Of a stretch of 12,797 nucleotides of DNA, positions 1-6,878 are shown one piece after another. The position numbers and the translations under genes are program-made. Below the pieces are notes generated by a model that ran no database searches, was not told the origin of the DNA, and saw nothing but the letters and a program-made list of their open reading frames with translations. Origin of the DNA: Oligoflexales bacterium (GTDB taxonomy: Bacteria; Bdellovibrionota_B; Oligoflexia; Oligoflexales; Bog-1112); the NCBI GenBank assembly GCA_045105515.1, contig JBGCDR010000114.1, positions 1 to 12,797 of the forward strand. Direction: 5' to 3'. Position 1 is the stretch's first letter; each line of letters begins with the position of its first letter.

Positions 1-103
1 CATTCAAATGGCAAGTAAAGTCAGGTCAACTCAAGGATTGTCTTTGCACATCTTCGGTAGACTAGCTGCTGGAATGCTGATCAGAATTTTACCAAGTGCC
101 TAA
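1..103 (+). pseudogene. Possible degraded 3' end of the IS66 accessory gene (TnpB/Orf2-like)
   Basis: Frame 3 reads FKWQVKSGQLKDCLCTSSVD* and is followed, after a frame change, by WNADQ. FKW and a downstream LxWNxD-like stretch resemble the IS66 TnpB C-terminus, and the position just upstream of tnpC is the expected one. Truncated by the window; end coordinate approximate. Confidence 0.35.
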
Positions 104-183
104 ATCAGCCTGTACCAAGAGTTTCAACTGTTGATTGGCATTTTAGTATCGCAAAACTATTGATTATTTTAGGAGCTAATATC

Positions 184-1814
184 ATGACTAAGATCAGCAT
201 TAAATCAATGAGCGACAAAGAACTTGATGCTTTTATTAAGCGAGTTGAAGATGCCATTGAATACAATCTAAGTCTTGATAAAGCTGATATTCTCATGCTC
301 CTGGAAGCATTCAAAGCAATGATGTTGATGCAAGATCAGCTTGCTAAAAATAACCTAACGATCTTGAAGCTTAAAAAGCTACTTGGTATGGTCAGTGCTT
401 CTGAAAAACTTAAAGGCCAGATGAGTGAAGATGGTGATACACCTCCAACTGAGCCTAAGCCAAAATCTAAACCATCCTCGACGAGTGGTGGTAAAAAGCC
501 AAAAGACAGTTTTAAAAACAAAGAAACAGTCGTGTTGCCGATTGAGAGCTTTAGCAAAGGTGATACCTGCCCAGAGTGTAAGAGTGGTAAGCTATACAAA
601 TTCGACCCAGCAGAGTTTTTACGAGTATCAGGGCATGCTCCCTTTAAAGCAACGCTCTACGTAAAGACTAGGCTGCGTTGTAATGCTTGCCAGCATGTTG
701 TAAGTGCAAAATTACCTGATGAGGTAAGCAAAGATGGAGAGGGCTCACAGCGCTATGGTTATTCTGCTAGGGCTTTGATGGCTATCCACAAATATGCCTC
801 AGGACTACCTTTTAACAGACAGGAAAGCCTTCAAACAATGCTTGGTATGAGTCTTTCTGCCTCAACTATATTTGACCAATGCGAGTATTTAGCTAATGCT
901 GCTAGGGCTGTGGTGAATGCTATGACAGGCATAGCAGCCAAGGCTGAGCACTTTCACCTAGATGACGCCACAAACCGTATCTTAGATGCCAAGCCTAACT
1001 ATGAAAAGGCGCAGGGGTTCACTCACTGAACATATGCGAAGCGGCGTTTACACCTCGGGCATGATTGCTACCTATCAAGGAAGGGACATAGTTCTCTACA
1101 AGACCAACATTGGTCATAGCGGAGAATTTATCGATGAAATCCTTAACAGGCGGGACCTGTCCCTGCCTCCGCCAACCCTTATATCCGACGCTTTACCATC
1201 AAATAAGACCCACAGCTAGAGAAGTTATCTGGTGCCTATGCAATGTTCACTGTACGCGTGGATTTATCGACCTTAAAGATGTATTTCCTGAGGAAGTCGC
1301 TTACGTCGTTGAGCGATATGACAAAATATTCGCAATTGAGCGCGAAGCTGAGAAGCTAAAACTAGATGCTGAAGCTAGGCTAGCCTACCACCGGAAACAC
1401 AGTGGTCCCATATTTGAAGAAATCTCTTCTTGGGCTCACAGCTCATTTGAGGAACACAATGTGGAGCCTAACTCTCTTCTAGGTGATGCTATCAGGTATT
1501 TCACTAAGCATGAGCATGGTCTGAGGATATTTCTTGAGGTTCCAGGTGCCAAGCTGGATAACAATAGCATGGAACAAGCCCTGAAATTGGTGGTACTGGG
1601 ACGAAAAAATTTTTATTTCTTCAAATCTAAAGTAGGTGCTGCAGTTGCAGACGTTATTATTAGTTTGGTTGCTACAGTCAGTAAGGCAGGAATCAATCTT
1701 TTCGAGTACTTGTGTGACTTGCAGCGCTACCACAAAGAAGTAAAAGCCGAGCCAGAGAAATGGCTTCCTTGGAACTATGAACAAACTATTGAATCCATGA
1801 AACTAGCTGCTTAA
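184..1814 (+). pseudogene. tnpC: IS66-family DDE transposase (TnpC) split by two +1 frameshifts (~997 and ~1205)
   Basis: ATG184 follows AGGAG (171-175). N-terminal coiled coil, Zn finger CPEC...CNAC, then YASGLPFNRQE, LDDAT, ISDAL, CNVH, DNNSMEQALK...GRKN and WLPWNY. ORFs 160-1029, 986-1219 and 1110-1814 join into one protein if one A is removed at ~997 and one at ~1205. Confidence 0.9.
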
Positions 1815-1858
1815 CAAACTCCCCATCTCATTCCAGAATGCTCTTTGAAAATTTTTTT

Positions 1859-1876
1859 GTCATGCCGGAAGCTCAC
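1859..1876. repeat. Putative right terminal inverted repeat of the IS66 element
   Basis: GTCATGCCGGAAGCTCAC starts 45 nt after the transposase stop and resembles IS66 ends. The partner repeat is not in the window. Confidence 0.55.
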
Positions 1877-2047
1877 GATCATTTGAATAAGGTATTATAT
1901 AGAATCCTATGTTGGGAAAGTTGATTTAGGAAAAATCCTTTTTGTCAAGATTGCCTCTGATTGAAGATTTAAATCGAGCTGCTTTATAGTTATTTATTGA
2001 TTTTTCTAGTCAAATATTTTATCACTTATATCAAGTATTCCAATTTT

Positions 2048-3063
2048 TTAATCCTGTACATCCGGCTTTAGGCGTTCGATATTTTCTTTTGCTTGAATGT
2101 GCCCTTGCTCAGCAGCCTTTGAAAACCATTTGAAAGCTTCATTAAGATCTTGAGTAACACCTCGACCATTTTCATACATAAGTCCAACCATATTTTGAGC
2201 TAATACATCTTGATTCGCTGCTCTTAAGTACCATTGAAATGCCTTATTAAAATTTTTAGTAACACTATACCCATGATCATACATAAGACCTAAGCTGTAC
2301 TGTGCCACAGCAAATCCTTTTTCCGCAGCCTTTAAGTACCATTTAAAAGCTTCATCAAAATCTTTATTAACACCTTTTCCTGTAGCATAAATAACTCCAA
2401 GGTTGTTTTCAGCAACGACATGACCTTGTTTAGCAGCCTTTAAGTACCACTCGATAGCTATTCGATATCTTGAGAAACTCCCTGAGCATGGTCATACATA
2501 AAACCAAGGCTAAACTGAGCATCAGCATATCCTTGCTCAGCAGATTTTAGGTACCATTCATGAGCTTTGACATGATCTTGGGCAACTTCTTTTCCATTTG
2601 AGTAAAGACTACCGAGGTTAAATTGAGCCATTGAATTCCCTTGCTCAGCAGCTTTTAAGTACCACTCAATAGCTTGATTGATATCTCTAGGAATCCCTAT
2701 ACCTTTGATGTATAGCACTCCAATGTTATACTGAGCTTGTGCCGATTCTTGCTTAGCAGCTTTCAAAAACCATTCTAATGCTTTGTTTATATTTAGAGTT
2801 ATATGGGTACCTTTTGCATACATTACACCTATGTTATTCTGATCTTCAGCAGAACCTTGTTCCGCTGCTTCTAATTGACGATCAAAAGCTCTCTTACGAT
2901 TTTCATCTTCGTTTACTTCCTCACCAAGATTCAAGGTTTCATCATATTTGTTAGAACCACGGATAAAATTCGTGTAGGCAGCGATATCCTCTGATGCTGC
3001 CTGAACCTCAAGCGTTTGCATCAAAAAAAATAAATTTAGCGTTAAAAGAAAATATCTGGACAT
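2048..3063 (-). pseudogene. Secreted Sel1-like repeat protein (7 repeats), frameshifted at ~2459
   Basis: Repeats of AQxxLGxxYxxGxGVxxDxxxAxxWYxKAAxQG. ORF 3084-2458 stops mid-repeat (QDIE*). The other frame continues from 2458 as AIEWYLKAAKQGHVVAENNLGVIYATGKG... without a stop into ORF 2308-2048. Likely start ATG3063 after AAGGAA; signal peptide MSRYFLLTLNLFFLMQTLEVQA. Confidence 0.9.
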
Positions 3064-3370
3064 CATTGGTTCCTTTCTGTTCATAATATTGCATAAAGTT
3101 AGTTATAAATTAGCCACTAAAAGTCAACATCTAATTGGCAAACAAGATGCTGTGCCAAGAACTTCTCGTAAGATTTGATTGTTCAGGAATTTGGATATAG
3201 AACCTTTGGCAATCAAAAAATCAAAGTGCGATGAAGAGATCAAATCCTTAGGAAAACAGCCTTGTAAGAAACTAAGAATGTTTATAACTTTTTACCAAAT
3301 GCTATTGCTCTTGCGGAATAGCTTACTAATTATGCAGAAGTTTCATATTAATTCCAGCTAAACGTCTTGA

Positions 3371-3705
3371 ATAGGAAATGCAACTAGGGATGGAGTCACT
3401 CCTTCAGAAATGTTTAGTGGAAAATATTCGATCCAATGGATATGAATGGCGGAGTCTACTATAGCCTTGACGTCTGCGGCCAAAAACTTGGGGGTTTTAT
3501 GAAAAGACCCCCAAACGTTCCAAATGTATCACCGGTTTGGATGCCATATATGCGTGTTGTTAGTTGCGATGAGACGAATAAGCTAGCTGAGAAATTAGGA
3601 GGAAAAATATTAATGCCAAAGACAAAAATTCCCCAAACAGATTACTTTTCTCTCATTGAGGATCCAGCAGGAGCACATTTTTATAGCTTTGAATTCGACA
3701 TGTGA
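3371..3705 (+). pseudogene. VOC/glyoxalase-family protein with an eroded 5' end (intact part 3436-3705)
   Basis: C-terminal VOC motifs WMPYMRV, AEKLGGKILMP and IEDPAGA. In-frame TAG at 3415. The upstream frame reads ATRD...SEMFS and joins WKIFDPMDM with one T restored, matching the family's ExxTxD...LFGW pattern. Confidence 0.7.
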
Positions 3706-3752
3706 TAATTGAAATAGGTATATTGTGTCGCAAAACTTAAGCTAAGCTTTAT

Positions 3753-4472
3753 CTATCCATCTTGAAATCTTGATACTTGGTCAAAAATATTTTCGGAGTT
3801 GTCGTAAATTTTTGCTTTAGGCACTTCGTTATTGGTATGTGATTCAATAATTTCATCAAAACTAAGTGGAGGACGAGACTCTGAGTCATATGTTTCTACT
3901 AACCAGTGCTTAGCCTCGTCATTTGTTATCTGACATCTTTCTGAAAACTCTTTTAAGTGTTCACCCTTACCCAAGTATGCTTCCATTAGTAGAATTTGAG
4001 TTTTGCTAAAAAGAACTTTTCCACTTGGAACTAAAGAAGCTAGGATAATTGATCTTTTAGTTTCCTGCGCATGGATTCGTTCAAAAATTGAGAAGCCAGG
4101 ATCTGCTGCGTAATTATAGACTGGAAAATTATCAGATTTGCTATCTGTCATTGAACATTCGAGAATTTTATTGGTGTATTTTTTGTAAAAAATATTTCTA
4201 AAGGATGAGATATTAAAATTGGATACTTTCTTTCTTAATTTATCGGGGTATAGCTGATTGCTGATAATCTCTCCTTCACCGAATCTTACATAGCCACCAA
4301 AAAACTCGTCGAAAGCATTATGGTCATTTTTCTCAGGGGTTTTTTCTGCACTTATAAAAGTCTTACTTGGATGAAAATTAGATCTAGACAAAATTGAAGG
4401 TTTAGAAACAAAACCTTCGGTAATTTGAAAGAATGGTAAACCTAAGACTATCAGTGCTGCATTTGTAAACAT
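3753..4472 (-). CDS. Hypothetical protein (239 aa) with a hydrophobic N-terminal signal-like segment
   Basis: Uninterrupted ORF; GGGAG at 4488-4484 upstream of ATG4472. No family recognised. Confidence 0.75.
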   Translation of the reverse strand: MFTNAALIVLGLPFFQITEGFVSKPSILSRSNFHPSKTFISAEKTPEKNDHNAFDEFFGGYVRFGEGEIISNQLYPDKLRKKVSNFNISSFRNIFYKKYTNKILECSMTDSKSDNFPVYNYAADPGFSIFERIHAQETKRSIILASLVPSGKVLFSKTQILLMEAYLGKGEHLKEFSERCQITNDEAKHWLVETYDSESRPPLSFDEIIESHTNNEVPKAKIYDNSENIFDQVSRFQDG

Positions 4473-4556
4473 ATTTATTGTACTCCCATACTAATACAGA
4501 AACGAATATGTACAATAAAAATATTGTTTTTACTAGAATAAATTTATTAGAGGAAA

Positions 4557-4769
4557 CACAAGAAAATTCTCACCTTAATATTCATTGGAAACCTATTTAT
4601 TATTGGACGAGGAAATTCTGTTTCTACCAAAGTGCTTGTTAATGAAGGAGCAAGCATTGGTAAATTTGGCATTGACTTTACTAGTAATAATAAATAGTTA
4701 TCTGTTGGTGGAGCAGGGGATTTTAACTGTCCAGACGAGCCAGAACATGGGATGGTAAATTATGAATAA
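4557..4769 (+). pseudogene. Possible relic of a small exported-protein gene
   Basis: After GAGG (4550-4553) the frame reads KKILTLIFIGNLFIIGRGNSVSTKVLVNEGASIGKFGIDFTSNNK*LSVGGAGDFNCPDEPEHGMVNYE*. Signal-peptide-like beginning, no start codon, one internal TAG (4695). Confidence 0.3.
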
Positions 4770-4797
4770 ATTTTTTGATTATTACATCAGCTAAGGA

Positions 4798-5181
4798 TCA
4801 GGCGATTTTTAGCCTTTTTTTAAGCTCGTCTAATGCCTTATCTCCAAGCGGTTTTTTGAGAATAGTAGCAACTCCCAGCAACATTACAGCTTTTCTAAAT
4901 TTTGCTGAATCGTAGCCAGTAATGAAGATATACTTAGGTATTTTTACGTTTTTATCATGCATTTTTTTAAGCAGCTCAAGCCCATCATAATCTGGGAGTT
5001 TGTAATCTGAGATGACCACATCTACTTCTTTGGTTTTTAAGATATGCTTTGCTTCATTCCCGTTTGTTGCTGAGTAAAGATTCTTCCATTTAAATTCACT
5101 CTCAATGAATAATAAATAAAACTCCATCAAATCGGGTTCATCTTCAATTATCAAAAGGGACTTGTCACTTTTATCTATCAT
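4798..5181 (-). CDS. Single-domain response regulator (CheY-like receiver)
   Basis: LLIIEDE acidic pocket, phospho-acceptor Asp in VVISDYKLPDYDG, conserved Thr in FITGY and Lys-Pro in LKKP. Confidence 0.93.
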   Translation of the reverse strand: MIDKSDKSLLIIEDEPDLMEFYLLFIESEFKWKNLYSATNGNEAKHILKTKEVDVVISDYKLPDYDGLELLKKMHDKNVKIPKYIFITGYDSAKFRKAVMLLGVATILKKPLGDKALDELKKRLKIA

Positions 5182-5214
5182 GAGCTACCTTTGTTTTGCT
5201 AAGCATTGAGAGTT

Positions 5215-5457
5215 TTAGGGTACTGCCACAGCGCAGCGATCCGTTAACGATCGAGTCAGTCAGAGCCAATATGGGCGATTCATCGGCCTTCCACATAGGC
5301 ATTTGTATCTCCGCATCGGCAGCCTCATCTTGAGTGGTGTAATTATCTGAGTGCTCGTTCCATTTCATTAGTGCCAACGGTACCTCCATCCCAATTAGAT
5401 CCAATATTAGCAGGCTTTGTTGCAATAGTCATCCATTCAAACACATTCTGTTATAAG
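5215..5457 (-). pseudogene. Frameshifted, internally deleted paralogue of the C-terminal FGE/CLec-like domain of gene 6879-9005
   Basis: Minus-strand translation across frames gives LIT...EWMTIATKPANIGSNWDGGTVGTNEMER/HSDNYTTQDEAADA/DTNAYVE...TDSIVNG/RCAVAVP*. The intact gene has LITNNVWMTIGANIANVDSNWDGGSVGTNELARGHSDDDPSEACAADASDANGYVE...TITSTNVGFRCAVAVP*. Confidence 0.92.
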
Positions 5458-5695
5458 CATCAGCAAGTTCAAATACTCTAAACTCGCCTAGGCTGGTATT
5501 TACATCAAAAATGGTTTTTAATGTCTTTATTTTTGCATTGGTAAGAGCAATGATCTACATTGCATGGATCGCTTTAAGGAATTTGAAGCAATGGCAAATT
5601 TTCGCCAATATTTTAAAAATAACCGACTTTATCCTTAAAAAAAATAAAATTATTTGATAGTTTTGACGCAAATGCACCTGCCTAGGAGTTTAGCT

Positions 5696-6607
5696 TTGAA
5701 AAACTTTTATTTAATAGCTGTAGTTTTACTTTCAATTTTTGCTGCAAACATTAGTTTTGGTTCTCATGTAGAAGAAAAACATTCTTGGAAAGATGGATAT
5801 CAAATAGATAATCAAGAATTCAATGATGATTTTGACGTTGCTGAGTTCAATCCTTCTGAAAAAAAATTTTGGAAAATACTCTACGATTATAGAATTAAGA
5901 TTTTAACTGGTGCCGTTTTTGTAGCTGCAATAGTTGTGGGCGTATATTGTTATAATGCAGCTCACATAAATAATTGTGGAATAAGGAGAAATTTCGAAGA
6001 CGAAAGTATACCAGTTCCCGAAACAATACCTACTTCTATGCAGCAAACAGAAAATAAAAATGTCACAACCCTACCTAGACATGAAAACCAGATTCTAGAA
6101 AGCTGCAAAGATCAAATCGCATATATGGAAGAACCTAATGCACACATGTCCACTGATCCAGTAAGAATCGAGCAGGACCTTGAATTCCATCATGGAGCAG
6201 CTTTTGATGCTTTAAGCGATGCTATTAAAAAGTTTGGCGAAGATTATCAATGGGAACAAGAGCAGTTTCATAAACTTGATGGACGAGCTCAAGCTCAAGT
6301 TCAGACAATAGAAGAGCTAAGAACTGCGTGTGATCGAGAACGGACCCTAGCAGAAAGATATAGTGATAATCCTAGGTATCTGAGAAGACTAATTAGAGCA
6401 CAAGCTTCTCTCGAATCTGCACAAAGCGAGGCTGATGAAATAGCACCTTTACTACATCAGATTAAAGCAAATATTTCAGGGTATCATATCTTAGAAACAG
6501 AGGCACTGGCGAAGCTACAAGAAATTGGAGATGTAGGACTTGCCAGAGGATATGATATGAATATAAGGATTCCGAGCCCTGTCTTTAGCATAGACCAAAC
6601 TGGTTGA
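5696..6607 (+). CDS. Hypothetical exported/membrane protein with a C-terminal coiled coil
   Basis: Likely start TTG5696 after AGGAG (5684-5688). Signal peptide MKNFYLIAVVLLSIFAANISFG, second hydrophobic segment ILTGAVFVAAIVVGVYCY, and an E/Q/A/L/R-rich helical C-terminal half. Confidence 0.8.
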   Translation: MKNFYLIAVVLLSIFAANISFGSHVEEKHSWKDGYQIDNQEFNDDFDVAEFNPSEKKFWKILYDYRIKILTGAVFVAAIVVGVYCYNAAHINNCGIRRNFEDESIPVPETIPTSMQQTENKNVTTLPRHENQILESCKDQIAYMEEPNAHMSTDPVRIEQDLEFHHGAAFDALSDAIKKFGEDYQWEQEQFHKLDGRAQAQVQTIEELRTACDRERTLAERYSDNPRYLRRLIRAQASLESAQSEADEIAPLLHQIKANISGYHILETEALAKLQEIGDVGLARGYDMNIRIPSPVFSIDQTG

Positions 6608-6645
6608 GTCTTGTCCCCAGCCGGAAGTGGGTTGAACCGATAAAA

Positions 6646-6672
6646 TTTATCTCTTTATTTTAAAGAGATAAA
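6646..6672. terminator. AT-rich perfect hairpin (12-bp stem, 3-nt loop); possible terminator or protein-binding site
   Basis: TTTATCTCTTTA-TTT-TAAAGAGATAAA, about 40 nt after the 6607 stop. No clear U-tract on the + strand. Confidence 0.35.
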
Positions 6673-6878
6673 ACACCTACTTATGATGTTTCAAGTGTTT
6701 TATTAGATTTATTTCTTAGAAATCGGTGCTATAAGTCCCGATAGTCAGATTCTAATCATAATCTATTGTCAATCTAACTTCATGATAAAATAGACAAATA
6801 ATATTTTTTTATATTTTATGAGAAAAGTTGCGATACATAAATGCAGAGCTGCTTGCAAATTTATTGTGAGATTATAAT

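Larger units (their letters stand above)
1..1876 (+). mobile_element. IS66-family insertion sequence, right part; left end outside the window
   Basis: Contains an IS66-type transposase. The sequence ...GTCATGCCGGAAGCTCAC ends at 1876; its reverse complement GTGAGCTTCCGGC resembles IS66 termini (GTAAGCG..CCG-type). Confidence 0.8.

Noticed and set aside
986..1219. Programmed ribosomal frameshifting in the IS66 transposase
   Set aside because: Two successive +1 shifts inside the catalytic domain would be needed, and no canonical slippery heptamer is evident at either site.
105..1784. Small alternative-frame and antisense ORFs (105-314, 336-599, 425-664, 1479-1784)
   Set aside because: They overlap the transposase and have no independent motifs.
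2100..2880. ~108-nt periodic DNA similarity as a CRISPR array or non-coding tandem repeat
   Set aside because: The periodicity is the 36-aa Sel1 coding repeat; there are no identical repeats with unique spacers.
3179..3361. 60-aa ORF
   Set aside because: TTG start without a clear RBS and no recognisable motif. It may be part of another decayed gene, but I cannot support a call.
5171..5425. 84-aa ORF with a TusA/SirA-like start (LDLIGMEVPLAL)
   Set aside because: It lacks the CPxP cysteine, and the DNA is better explained as a mostly out-of-frame reading of the CLec relic.
5215..5457. The relic copy as a DGR template repeat
   Set aside because: Only 6 of 18 mismatches in the 72-nt block have A in the copy, many differences are synonymous third-position changes, it has indels, it lacks the RGGxW part of the variable region, and no RT is adjacent.
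6620..6627. GCCGGAAG, matching part of the IS66 right end (1864-1871)
   Set aside because: Only 8 nt match and the terminal CTCAC is missing; compatible with chance.
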